Below, in pieces: positions 12,827 through 25,947 of a stretch of DNA of 64,000 nt (within the stretch, counting starts at the first letter, position 1; every line of letters starts with the position of its first letter). The stretch comes from Octopus vulgaris. Taxonomy: Eukaryota. A program made the translations under genes and the position numbers. The notes beneath the pieces were generated by a model. That model was not told the origin of the DNA. It worked only from the letters and a program-made list of their open reading frames with translations, and did not search any database. Where the stretch lies: the NCBI GenBank assembly GCA_951406725.2, contig OX597825.1:25110001-25174000 (forward strand), given 5' to 3'.

Positions 12827-13440
12827 AACAACAACAACAACGACGACGAGGATGATGATGATGATGATTCCTAATCTAGGCACTAGGCCTGAAATTAGGG
12901 GAGGAGGGGCTAGTTAATTTCATTGAACCCAGTGTTCAACTTTGATCTGAAGGTCCTTTGGAAGAGACAACTCAACTGTCCTTGACAATGCCCAGAGACA
13001 ATCCTAGGCCATCATCACTCATCCCTTCAACTAGTCCCCGATAGAAATCTTGGGTTATTTTGCTGCAAACAGTTTTGGGTAGCTGATGCAATGCAGTGAG
13101 CGTGTGGGCTACAGTCTAGATGCCAAATGCCTAATCTTGGTCTATGCTTGATCAATGACTGCAGCTCCATCAATGCAATGAGCTGCGGAAAAATGTGTCG
13201 CATGAAAGACACTCACACCAAGTCTACTCTTGTTTTTGTTGCTGTCATTCACACCATTTCAGTGATTTAAACATTTCTGCAGGTGTGTCACTGCATCATC
13301 AAGGATAGCATCTCGATACTACCACCAAGTGGGTGTTGGCAGCAGATGAATTTTCTGACCAGCAGAACTTGAACCTTCCATAAGAATTGGAAAAGTAAAA
13401 TCTGGTTTCTTTGGACATGGTACAACAGCTAGGCAGTAGT

Positions 13441-13663
13441 GCTGGCAGAATCATTAGCACACCGGGCGCAATGCTTAGCGGTATTTCGCCTGTCTTTACA
13501 TTCGGGGTTCAAATTCCACCAAGGTCGACTTTGCCTTTCATCCTTTCTGGGTCAATAAATTAAGTACCAGTTATGCACTGGGGTCGATGTAATCGACTTA
13601 ATTCCTTTGTCTATCCTTGTTTGTCTCCTCTGTGTTTAGCCCCTTGTGGGCAATAAAGAAATA
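13441..13663 (+). mobile_element. SINE family B
   Basis: Family sequence; 10-bp TSD aggcagtagt (13431-13440, 13664-13673). Confidence 0.9.
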
Positions 13664-15079
13664 AGGCAGTAGTACACACTGCACTCAGCCTTTCAGAGAC
13701 ATGACCTCTTCCCAGTTCCTATCTACCTGGAGATCTGGTCCGAACCAGACTGAAGTTCTTTCACCAAGACCCCCCGCATTCCAAACAACAAAAATTGCTG
13801 CCCTACACATCCCCACCCCCACCCATTTCCCAGAAGGATGAAAGAAAGCAAAGTTGATCCCATTACAAGTCGGATTTAAATTCAGAAAGAAAACAAAAGA
13901 ACACTAATGATAAAGTTTTATAGTTTTCAGATTTTTGAAAGCATGTCACAGAATGAACTAAACAAAACAGTCATATGCCAGTGGGGGAAATGTCAATGTT
14001 TCAGAACAAGAGGTCCTATTTATGTTATTTCCTGGGCAATGCTGCCTACCTTCTGAGCTGCATGGTATTTCAGAAATGTTCATACTCCATTCTGACATTT
14101 AATTACTTGCCTAAAGTTCATATTTTCTTCTTCTTCTCCTCAACTGTCTACCACTGTGAGACAGAGGGATGTGTGGCTTACGTGATTGTTTGACCTGCTA
14201 AAAATAGCTGCCAAATCTCTTGTCTTAAATTAGGAAATGACACGTTCAGTCTTTTTTTAAAGAATGTCGTTCTAAATAAGTTATGTCAGTATCTGTAGGA
14301 ATTCTTCTTTCTTTCCATAAAACCGACTAGCAACTAAAACTATGCCTCAAAAAAGATATAAAATAAACAAGAACTGAAAAAAAAAAAAAAAAGACAACTG
14401 AAGCTAAAATCAAAGCTATCAATATTGTCGTGGCTGTGTGGTAAGTGACTTGCTTACGAACCTGTGGCAGTATAGCCCCAGGTCGGCTCTGAAAGAACAG
14501 ATATGTGATCAAAAGCCATTTTTATATTTCAACTCTTTCCATCTACCAAATCCACTCACAAGGCTTTGGTCGGCCCGAGGCTATAGTAGATAGAAGACAC
14601 TTACCAAAGGTTCCACGCAGTGGGACTGAACCCGGAGCCATGTAGTTCGTAAGCAAGCCCCTTGTGGGTAGTAAAGAAATAGGTAATTGTTTAGTTTATG
14701 TTAGTAAAAAAAAAAAAAGTAAAGGACCATAACAAAATACACCAAAGTTTCTTATCTGATACAGTACTCACCCTTATTGATCCTCATCATCGTTATTTGT
14801 TATTTACAATTAATTTGTAGCTTCGCTTTGGAGGAAATGACTATTTACTCAACTATCTATTTCTCATGCATAAACCTGTATTTCTGACTGGTTATCGAGC
14901 TATCATTTCTTACTGCTTTCATCTTTGTTTTCATAAGACAGACTAGCAACTAAAACTAAGCCTCAAAAAAAGATATAAAATAAACAAGAACTGAAAAAAA
15001 AAACAACTGAAAGCTAAAATCAAAGCTATCGATATTGTCAACAATTTATTTTGATTTTACAAACGTAAACTGAACAACT

Positions 15080-16225
15080 AGGCGTAGGAGTGGCTGTGTG
15101 GTAAGTAGCTTGCTTATGAAACACGCGGTTCCAGGTTCAGTCCCACTGCATGGCACTTTGGGCAAGTGTCTTCTATCTACGATAGCCTCGGGCCGACCAA
15201 AGCCTTGTGAGTGGATTTGGTAGATGGAAACTGAAAGAAGCCCGTCATATATATATATCTCCGTGCTGTGGGCACGTAACAAACACCATCCGATCATGGC
15301 CGTTCGCCAGCCTCATCTGGCACCTGTGTCGGTGGCACATAAAAACACCTTCCGAAGACCCGGCAAGACTAGTCAGTCCACCTGTGCATACCTTCCTCTT
15401 GTGACACTTGTGAAGACCGGTTGAGGCAAGTGAAAATCAAAACAAATCAAAATAGATGAACATCAATGGAATTTGTATCTTTGTGGTACCAGTGCCGGTG
15501 GCACGTGGCACACAAGAAAACCATCCGAACGTGGCCGTAGCCAGTACCGCATCGTCTGGCCTCCGTGCTGTGGGCACGTAACAAGCACCATCCGATCGTG
15601 GCCGTTTGCCAGCCTCATCTGGCACCTGTGTCGGTGGCACATAAAAACACCATCCGAGCGTGGCCGTCTGCCAGCCTCGTCTGGCACCTGTGTCGGTGGC
15701 ACATAAAAAACACCATCCGAGCGTGGCCGTTTGCCAGCCTCGTCTGGCACCTGTGTCGGTGGCACATAAAATCACCCACTACACTCTCGGAGTGGTTGGC
15801 GTTAGGAAGGGCATCCAGCTGTAGAAACACTGCCAGATCTGACTGGACTGGTGCAGCTTTCGGGCTCCCCAGACCCCAGTTGAACCGTCCAACCCATGCT
15901 AGCATGGAAAGCGGACGTTAAATGATGATGATGATGATGATGATATATATATATATATAATTGTGTGTTTGTGAATGTGTTTTCACATACATATATGTGT
16001 GTATGAAAATATGTGTGTGTGTGTGTGCCCCCCCTCCCAACATCACTTGACAACCTATGCTGGTGTGTTTATGTCCCCGTAACTTAGCAGTTCAGCAAAA
16101 GAGACTGACAGAATAAGTACTAGGCTTACAAAGAATAAGTCCTGGCGTCGATTTGCTCGACTAAAGGCGGTGCTCCAACATGGCCACAGTCACATGACTG
16201 AAACAAGTAAATGAGTAAAGAGTAA
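15080..16225 (+). mobile_element. SINE family A interrupted in its central (TA)n by an RTE 3' UTR multimer
   Basis: Head ggagtggctgtgtggtaag...ggttcagtccc at 15080-15250; tail at 16020-16225. Confidence 0.85.
15258..15943 (+). mobile_element. RTE 3' UTR multimer
   Basis: Internal ~60-bp tandem units; (gat)n tail; reverse complement of parts of 19730-20740. Confidence 0.9.
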
Positions 16226-16744
16226 CTTACCACATGCATGCATGCATGTGATAAGCTTTCAGTTTCCATCTACCAAACTCACAAAGCTTTGGTCAGCCTG
16301 GGGTCAAAGTAGAAGGCACTTGGCCAAAGGTGCTATGCAGTGGGACTGAACCCAGAACCATGTGGATAGGAACCAAGCTTCTTATCACACAGCCACAACT
16401 GACTGTTCTTAATTTTGTCACAATGCCACAGCTTCATTGGTTGAGGGCTTATTAGATTACAAGTGATCGCAGTACTTGATAAGTACTTGATTTACAATAT
16501 AGTACAGTGAGAATACAATCTAATACATTAAGTAGGTGGTCCTGATGATCAAACAAATTGACAATCATACTATTATGAGAACAATAACATGGCTCTTTTC
16601 AAGGCAACCTCGCATTCAATTCTTACACCATTCTACGAGGGGGTAGCAACCCCTTTACACGGCTTTCTATACACTTACAAATACATTCATTCGCCGTAAA
16701 CTTATATCAATATTTGCCTGAATAATCATCATAATTCAGTGCAA

Positions 16745-16787
16745 TGTGTGTATATATATATATATATACATACATATATATATATAT

Positions 16788-16846
<59 letters not shown>

Positions 16847-17604
16847 TACATACATATATATATATACATATATATATACATACATATATATATATACATA
16901 TATACATACATATATATATATACATCATCATCATCATCATCGTTTAACGTCCGCTTTCCATGCTAGCATGGGTTGGACGGTTCAACTGGGGTCTGGGAAG
17001 CCCGAAGGCTGCACCAGGCCAGTCAGATGTGGCAGTGTTTCTACAGCTGGATGCCCTTCCTAACGCCAACCACTCCGAGAGTGTAGTGGGTGATTTTATG
17101 TGCCACCGACACAGGTGCCAGACGAGGCTGGCAGACGGCCACGCTCGGATGGTGTTTTTTATGTGCCACCGACACAGGTGCCAGACGAGGCTGGCAGACG
17201 GCCACGCTCGGATGGTGTTTTCTTATGTGTCACCGACACAGGTGCCAGACGAGGCTGGCGGACGGCCACGCTCGGATGGTGTTTGTTACGTGCCCTCAGC
17301 ACGGAGGCCAGTCATTGCGGTACTGGCTACGGTCACGTTCGGATGGTTTTCTTATGTGCCACCGGCACTGGTACCACAAGGATACAAATTCCATTGATGT
17401 TCATCTATTTTGATTTGGTTCGATTTGATTCGATACGATTCGATTCTCACTTGCCTCAACAGGTCTTCACAAGTGTCACAAGAAGGAAGGTATGCACAGG
17501 TGGACTGACTACGTCCCAGGTAGGGGCCACGGATTATGGCTTCACTAGTCTTATATATATATATATACATACATATATATATACATACATATATATATAC
17601 ATAT

Positions 17605-17635
<31 letters not shown>

Positions 17636-17692
17636 CATACATATATATATACATACATATATATATATATACATATATATACATATATATAC

Positions 17693-17751
<59 letters not shown>

Positions 17752-17866
17752 CATATATATATACATATATATATATACATATATATATATACATATATAT
17801 ATATACATATATATATATACATATATATATATACATATATATATATACATATATATATATATACAT

Positions 17867-17925
<59 letters not shown>

Positions 17926-17945
17926 GTATGTATATGTATGTATAC
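16745..17945. repeat. Long (TA)/(TACA) microsatellite field with an RTE 3' UTR (16924-17550, minus) inserted
   Basis: Direct reading. Confidence 0.9.
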
Positions 17946-18517
17946 TGAAACCAACATTCAACCTCTTGAAATTTTCTATATTACAATGCATTTTGGTAAT
18001 AGCTTAAAACATCTTTGTGGGTGGAAGACCACAATGAAATTGACAAAGGGAACAACTGTGGTAAAGAGGATGGTCTTTTCGCATTTACTTTCCACTGTTG
18101 TTTTCCTATTTTCAATTTTATTTTTCTTTGTAAGATATTTATTATTCAAATAATAAGCTTCCTCATGCTTTACGTTCAGAGAACAAAAGGTCTTGTCCAG
18201 CAGAACACTGTTAGTAATGGTTATGATTTCATTTGACCTTAAAATAGAATATATGACTAATTTTACAACGGGACTTGTATCAGTTAAATACTCAAATTAA
18301 ACAAGCCTTTCAGTGAAGGGACTTTTATGAACCCACGTGATTTGTTCCAAGTAGCAGAGTCAACATTTTTGCACACACACACTCACTCTCTCTCCACAAA
18401 TTCTTCACAGTCTTTAGAAAGCATTACATCCTGAATACTGGTTCCATGTCTGTCATCAGATATGTTTTTTGTTTTTTTTTTAGAAGTAGAACAAATAGAA
18501 TGTTGCGATGTCTGCTT

Positions 18518-18708
18518 TTTACTCTTTTACTTGTTTCAGTCATTTGACTGTGGCCATGCTGGAGTACCACCCTCAGTCAAACAAACTGACCCCAGGACTT
18601 ATTTTATCGGTCTCTTGTGCTGAACCGCTAAGTTATGGGGACATAAACACAACAACATCGGTTGTCAAGTGATGGCGGGGAGCTAAACACAGACACACAA
18701 ATACATAC

Positions 18709-18758
<50 letters not shown>

Positions 18759-19320
18759 GAGTGTATTTTTCCCTTGTTAACAATTTACACGGAAAAAATA
18801 GATAAATATACCTGCGTTAAACTCCATTTATTTATTTCATATATATATATATATCATCATCATTTAACGTCTGTTTTCCATGCTAGCATGGGTTGGACGG
18901 TTCGACCGGGGTCTGGTAAGCCATGGAGGCTGCACCAGGCTCCATTCTGATTTGGCAGTGTTTCTACAGCTGGATGCCCTTCCTAACGCCAACCACTCTG
19001 TGAGTGTAGTGGGTGTTTTTTACGTGCCACCGGCACAGGAGCCAGCGCAGGCTGGCAAACGGCCATGATCGGTTGGTGCTTTTACGTGTCACTGACACGG
19101 AGGCCAGTCAGGCGACGCTAGTAACTGCTACGCTCGAACGGTGCTTTTACGTGTCACCAGCACTGGACTTCTTTCAGTTTCCTTCGACCAAATCCACTCA
19201 CAAGGCTTTGGTCGGCCCGAGGCTATAGTAGAAGACACTTGCCCAAGGTGCCATGCAGTGGGACTTAACCCAGAACCATATGGTCGGGAAGCAAGCTTCT
19301 TACCACACAGCCACTCCAGT
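18518..19320 (-). mobile_element. SINE family A with an RTE 3' UTR (18853-19165) inserted in its central (TA)n
   Basis: SINE tail at 18518-18700 and head at 19166-19320 flank the insert. Confidence 0.85.
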
Positions 19321-19729
19321 TGATAAGTTCTTACATCATAATGGAAGTTTTTACATGATAAGGAGCAGGTGTGGCTGTATGGGACTAAGTTTGCAACCCA
19401 ACCCCATAGTTCTGGGCTCGATCCCATTGCATGGCATCTTGGGCAAGGGTCTTCCACTATAGCTTCATAGCAACCAAAACCTTGTGAGTGGATTTGAGAG
19501 ATGGAAAATAAAAGAAGCTTGTTGTGTCATCATCATCATCATCAACAGCCTTTTTTCCATGCTAGCATGAGTATGTGTGTGCACAATATAAGAGTTGGAG
19601 TGCACTTGACTTAGACTGTTTCGGTATTATGTGTCAAAAGTGAAACAATAATATCTCTGTTGTAATGTGAAATAATAGTTTGCTTTATAAGTTTCACTAT
19701 TAATAGTGAAACTATTATCGCACATTACA

Positions 19730-21995
19730 TATCATCATCATCATCATCATCATCATTTAACGTCCACTTTCCATGCTAGCATGGGTTGGACGGTTCAACT
19801 GGGGTCTGGGGAGCCCGAAAGCTGCACCAGTCCAGTCAGATCTGGCAGTGTTTCTACAGCTGAATGCCCTTCCTAACGCCAACCACTCCGAGAGTGTAGT
19901 GGGTGATTTTATGTGCCACCGACACAGGTGCCAGATGAGGCTGGCAAACGGCCACGCTCGGATGGTGTTTTTTATGTGCCACCGACACAGGTGCCAGATG
20001 AGGCTGGCAGACGGCCACGCTCGGATGGTGTTTTTATGTGCCACCGACACAGGTGCCAGATGAGGCTGGCAAAACGGCCACGATCGGATGGTGCTTGTTA
20101 CGTGCCCACAGCACGGAGGCCAGTCGATGCGGTACTGGCTACGGCCACGTTCGGATGGTTTTCTTGTGTGCCACGTGCCACCGGCACTGGTACCACAAGG
20201 ATACAAATTCCATTGATGTTCATCTATTTTGATTTGTTTTGATTTGATTTTCACTTGCCTCAACAGGTCTTCACAAGTGTCACAAGAAGGAAGGTATGCA
20301 CAGGTGGACTGACTACGTCCCAGGTAGGGGCCATGGGTTATGGCCTGACTAGTCTTGCCGGGTCTTCGGATGGTGTTTTTATGTGCCACCGACACAGGTG
20401 CTAGATGAGGCTGGCGAACGGCCACGATCGGATGGCGTTTGTCATGTGCCCACCGCACTGACTACAGCACTGATGGATTTCTTGTGTGCCACAGGCACTG
20501 GTACCACAAGATACAAATTCCATTGATGTTCATCTATTTTGTCTATTTTGATTTGATTTGATTTGATTTTCACTTGCCTCAACCGGTCTTCACAAGTGTC
20601 ACAAGAGGAAGGTATGCACAGGTGGACTGACTAGTCTTGCCGGGTCTTCGGAAGGTGTTTTTATGTGCCACCGACACAGGTGCCAGATGAGGCTGGCGAA
20701 CGGCCATGATCGGATGGTGTTTGTTACGTGCCCACAGCACGGAGGCCGGTCGATGCGGAACTGGCTACGGCCACGTTCGGATGGTACTCTTGTGTGCCAC
20801 CGGCACTGGTACCACAAAGATACAGATTCCATTGATGTTCATCTATTTTGATTTGTTTTGATTTTGATTTTCACTTGCCTCAACAGGTCTTCACAAGTGT
20901 CACAAGAAGGAAGGTATGCACAGGTGGACTGACTACGTCCCAGGTAGGGGCCATGGGTTATGGCCTGACTAGTCTTGCCGGGTCTTCGGATGGTGTTTTT
21001 ATGTGCCACCGACACAGGTGCTAGATGAGGCTGGCGAACGGCCACGATCGGATGGTGTTTGTCATGTGCCCACAGCACGGAGGCCAGTCAATGCGGTACT
21101 GGCTACGGCCACTTTCGGATGGTTTTCTCTTGTGTGCCACCGGCACTGGTACCACAAAGATACAAATTCCATTGATGTTCATCTATTTTGATTTGTTTTG
21201 ATTTGATTTTGATTTTGATTTTGATTTTCACTTGCCTCAACAGGCCTTCACAAGTATCACAAGGAGGAAGGTATGCACAGGTGGACTGACTACGTCCCAG
21301 GTAGGGGCCATGGTTTATGGCCTGACTAGTCTTGCCGGGTCTTCGGATGGTGTTTTTATGTGCCACCGACACAGGTGCTAGATGAGGCTGGCGAACGGCC
21401 ACGACCGGATGGTGTTTGTTATGTGCCCACAGCACGATGGCCAGTGATGCGGTACTGACTACGGCCATGTACGGATGGATTCTTGTGTGCCACCGGCACT
21501 GGTACCACAAGCGGTACTGACTACTTTTTATGTGCCACCGACACAGGTGCTAGATGAGGCTGGTGAACGGCCACGACCGGATGGTGTTTGTTATGTGCCC
21601 ACAGCACGATGGCCAGTGATGCGGTACTGACTACGGCCACGTTCGGATGGATTCTTGTGTGCCACCGGCACTGGTACCACAAGCGGTACTGACTACGGCC
21701 ACGTTCGGATGGTATTCTTGTGTGCCACCGGCACTGGTACCGCAAAGATACAAATTCCATTGATGTTCATCTATTTTGATTTGTTTTGATTTTCACTTGC
21801 CTCAACAGGTCTTCACAAGTGTCGCAAGAAGGAAGGTATGTACAGGTGGACTGACTACGTCCCAGGTAGGGCCCACGGGTTATGACCTGACTAGTCTTGC
21901 CGGGTCTTCGGATGGTGTTTTTATGTGCCACCATGTTCCCACAGCACGGCCACGTTCGGATGGTTTTCTTGTGTGCCACAGGCACTGGTACCATA
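19730..21995 (-). repeat. Tandem array of RTE 3' UTR units (~300-570 bp, with ~60-bp subrepeats)
   Basis: cacttgcctcaac landmark recurs at ~20252, 20571, 20872, 21229, 21794; single (cat)n tail at 19730. Confidence 0.9.
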
Positions 21996-22078
21996 TATAT
22001 ATATATAATGTATAGATGTATATGCATACATGCATATGTATAGCGGTATATGTAAATATGAATGTGTGTGTGTGTGTG

Positions 22079-22122
<44 letters not shown>

Positions 22123-22125
<3 letters not shown>

Positions 22126-24610
22126 TCATCATCATCATAATCATCATTGTTTAACGTCCGCTTTCCATGCTAGCATGGGTTGGACGGTTCAACTGGGGTT
22201 TGGGAAGACCGAAGGCTGCACCAGGCCAGTCAGATCTGGCAGAGTTTCTACAGTTGGATGCCCTTCCTAATGCCAACCACTCCGTGAGTGTAGTGGGTGA
22301 TTTTTTATGTGCCACCGACACAGGTGCCAGACGAGGCTGGCGAACGGCCACACTCGGATGGTGTTTTTTACGTGCCACCAGCACGGAGGCCAGTTGATGC
22401 GGTACTGGCTACGGCCATGTTCGGATGGTTTTCTTATGTGCCACCGGCACTGGTACCACAAAAATACAAATTCCATTGATGTTCATCGATTTTGATTTGA
22501 TTTTCACTAGCCTCAACAGGTCTTCACAAGTAGAGTTATGTGTCCCAAGAAGAAAGGTATGCACAGGTGGACTGACTATGTCCCAGGTAGGGGCCATGGG
22601 TTATGGCCTCACGTGTCCTGCCGGGTCTTCTCACGCACAGCATACTTCCAAAGGTCTTGCTCTCTGGTCATTTCCTCGGTGAGACCTAAAGCGCGAAGGT
22701 CGTTCTTCACCACCTCGTCCCAGGTTTTCCTGGGTCTACCTCTTCCACAGGTTCCCTCAACTGCTAGGGTGTGGCACTTTTTCACACAACTATCTTCATC
22801 CATTCTTACTACATGTCCATACCAGCGTAGACGCCTCTCTTGCACACCACATCTGATGCTTCTTAGGTCCATTTTTCTCTCAAGGCACTTACACTCTGTC
22901 GGGTATGAACACTGACATTACACATCCAACGGAGCATACTGGCTTCATTTCTTATGAGCTTACGCATATCCTCAGCAGTCACGGCCCATGTTTCACTGCC
23001 ATGTAGCATGGCTGTTCGCACACATGCGTCATACAGTCTGCCTTTTACTCTGATTGAGAGGCCTTTTGTCACCAGCAGAGGTAAGAGCTCTCTGAACTTT
23101 GCCCAGGCTATTCTTACTCTAGCAGTTACACTTTCGCACACCCATCCCCCGCTACTGACTTGGTCACCTAGGTAACGGAAACTATCAACTATTTCAAGTT
23201 TTTCTCTCTGGAATGTGGTGGAAGATGGTCTCTGCGCATTTTCAGTCTTTATTGAACCAGAGCATCTGGCACATACAAAAACTATCTTCCTAGTTAGCCT
23301 TCCTTTGACATTGCTGCACCTCTTATGTGTCCATAGCTTACACTTGGTGCATCTTATAGAGTTCCAAGCTACACCTTTTCTACAGATCGAGCAGGGCCAT
23401 CTACCTGAAGGCGTTTGAGATTTGTCTACCTTCCTACTTATTAGGACTTTGGTTTTAGCTAGATTGACTCTAAGGCCCTTCGATTCTAATCCTTGCTTCC
23501 ACGCCTGAAACTTCACCTCGAGTTCTGATAGTGATTCAGCAATTAGAGCAAGGTCGTCAGCATAGAGGAGCTCCCAGGGGCATCCTGTCTTGAATTCCTC
23601 CGTTATTGCCTGGAGGACTATGATAAATAGGAGAGGGCCGAGGACTGAGCCTTGGTGGACCCCAACCTCCACCCGGAATTCTTCACTGTACTCGTTGCCA
23701 ACCCTCACCTTACTAACAGCGTCCCTGTACATGGCATGCACAGCTCTCACTAACCATTCATCTATCCTTAGTTTCCTCATTGACCACCAGATAAGGGATT
23801 GGGGGACCCTGTCAAAGGCTTTCTCCAAGTCAACAAAAGCCAGGTACAGAGGTTTATCTTTGGCTAGGTATTTCTCCTGCAGCTGCCTTACCAGGAATAT
23901 AGCATCAGTAGTACTTTTCCCTAGCACAAACCCAAACTGCATCTCATCTAAACTAACTCTCTCTCTAATTAGTTGGGCTATGACCCTCTCCGTAACCTTC
24001 ATCACCTGATCCAACAGCTTGATACCTCTGTAGTTATTTGTATCTAGGGCGTCACCTTTACCTTTGTAGCAGTTGACTATTATGCTACTACACCAGTCAT
24101 TGGGTATGACTCCTTCGTGTATCACCTGGTTAACTATACGGGTGACTAGGCTATAGCCGACACTGCCAGATATTTTGAGCATCTCAGCAGTAATTCCTGA
24201 TGGGCCTGGGGCTTTCCCTGTCTTCATGCTTCAAATTGCCTTAACTACCATGGAACTGTCAACTATTGGGTCGACATTCGGCAGACTCTCTTTATCCCAT
24301 TCATTCTCTTTGTTGAGCAACATTTCATAGTGGCATCTCCAAACCTCTCTCTTTGCATCCTCATTTAGCGCAAGTGAACCATCATCCATGCGAACACATT
24401 TCTCTCCTACCACATCACGATTCTCTCTCACACACTGTCTTGCAACACGAAACACCTCAAGTCTTTGGTCCTCACGGCGCAGAACATTGGCAAATTTTTT
24501 CTTATCTGCTTCCCCTCTAGCTAAATATACCTGTCTCCTAGCTTCTCTTTTCGCAGTCTGATACAATTCCCTACTACCGCCTTTCCTCCAGTCCTTCCAA
24601 GCCTGTCTCT
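22123..24610 (-). mobile_element. 5'-truncated RTE-clade LINE
   Basis: RT ORF pieces 24231-24610, 22863-24227 and 22609-22872; 3' UTR and (GAT)n tail to 22123; no endonuclease domain seen. Confidence 0.95.
22609..24610 (-). pseudogene. RTE reverse transcriptase (one premature stop at 24231, one frameshift near 22865) with PHD-like Zn finger insert
   Basis: KAPGPSG, NYRGIKLL, QFGF, FVDLEKAFDRV, GVHQGSVLGP, LLYADD, FRYLG, HGSETW, RRLRWYGHVVRM, GRGRPRKTW motifs. Confidence 0.95.
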
Positions 24611-24618
24611 TATGTATG

Positions 24619-24702
<84 letters not shown>

Positions 24703-25294
24703 AACAAACACACACAAATGGATACCCATATATACTTCCATTTGTTTTGCATCCGCTTTTCCATGCTAGCATGAGTCACGCATGTATTAGATATCATTGT
24801 CATGTATCTGAATTCCTTTCTAATGTTAACCCTTACCTTTCTTTAGGTAAAAGCTCTCATACACCACAGGCTCATATATGTATGCATGTGTGTAGTGGCT
24901 AGAATATTACAAAATTTACTCGAGAAGTAAAGCTTTCAGGCACAGCACTTATCAAACCACACACACACACGCATGCACGCACGCATGCACCGGAAACAGC
25001 ATTGCTGACAGAAACATTTCAAGTGGATCATGATGGCCAAATTGTCTTAAGGTTGACAGATTAGGTCACTTGACAAACATGTCGCTGAATGAGGGCTTGT
25101 TATAATGATTATGATGAGCGAAACTATAGGAGTGAAGAGTACCGAGTGTATACATTATCTTCAAAAGTAGATTAATGTTTCTTAAATGCTTTTTTTTTGT
25201 ATTTCTCCCTCTTTTACTCTTTTATTTGTTTCAATATATATATATATATATATAGATAGATAGATTTATATGTATGCATGTACATATGTATATA

Positions 25295-25776
25295 TCATCA
25301 TCATTTAGCGTCCGTTTTCCATGCTAGCATGGGTTGGACTGTTCTACTGGGGTCTGTGAAGCCAGAAGGCTTCATCAGGCCCAGTCAAATCTGGCAGTGT
25401 TTCTACGGCTGGATGCCCTTCCTAACGCCAACCACTCCGTGAGTGTAGTGGGTGCTTTTTACGTGCCACCCGCACAGGTGCCAGACAGAGCTGGCAAATG
25501 GCCACGAACGGATGTGCTTTTTATGTGCCACCGGCACGAGGGCCAGGCGAGGCTGGCAACGGACACGAAATGGGGCGGTGCTGGCAACGGTCGCGAAACG
25601 GAAGGTTCTCTTACATGCCACCGGCACTGGTAACACATCTGCAATTTCCATTGATCGATTTCGATTCTGATCCTCACTTGCCTCAACAGGTCTTCACAAG
25701 TAGAGTTTTGTGTCCCAAGAAGGGAAGGTATGCATATGTAGGCTGGCTCCATCCCATGTAGAAGGCCACGGGTTAT

Positions 25777-25780
<4 letters not shown>
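25295..25780 (-). mobile_element. RTE LINE 3' UTR fragment
   Basis: Family sequence between (TA)n tracts. Confidence 0.9.
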
Positions 25781-25822
<42 letters not shown>

Positions 25823-25908
25823 TACATATAATTTTTAAAGAGGATGATGATATTAAGGCAAGGCAAACATCTCAAGTCATATACAATATTATAATTGGCA
25901 AAAATCCA

Positions 25909-25947
25909 GTCTCACAGCTGTCTCAGGGATATTCCGTCATCAGAGAC
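25909..25947 (-). ncRNA. Minimal type-I hammerhead ribozyme, degraded copy
   Basis: gtct-CTGATGA-cggaatatccct-GAGA-cagctg-TG-agac; GAAA and UH mutated; lies in the PLE 3' tail. Confidence 0.55.

Noticed and set aside
12945-13420. Coding-like unique stretch, possibly an old LINE
   Set aside because: Multiple stops in the frame examined and no diagnostic motif found by eye; needs BLASTx
16707-18153. Many long Y/I/H/T-rich ORFs
   Set aside because: Translations of (TA)/(TACA) microsatellites; the same applies at 6.5, 24.6, 30.8, 32.1, 37.4, 56.6 and 61.9 kb
19900-21990. CRISPR-like repeat array
   Set aside because: Units are contiguous tandem repeats with no unique spacers; eukaryotic context and no cas genes
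19757-22495. Repeated ORFs such as MCHRHRCQ / [11 protein letters not shown] / [11 protein letters not shown]
   Set aside because: Readings of the non-coding RTE 3' UTR and its subrepeats in several frames; no consistent frame
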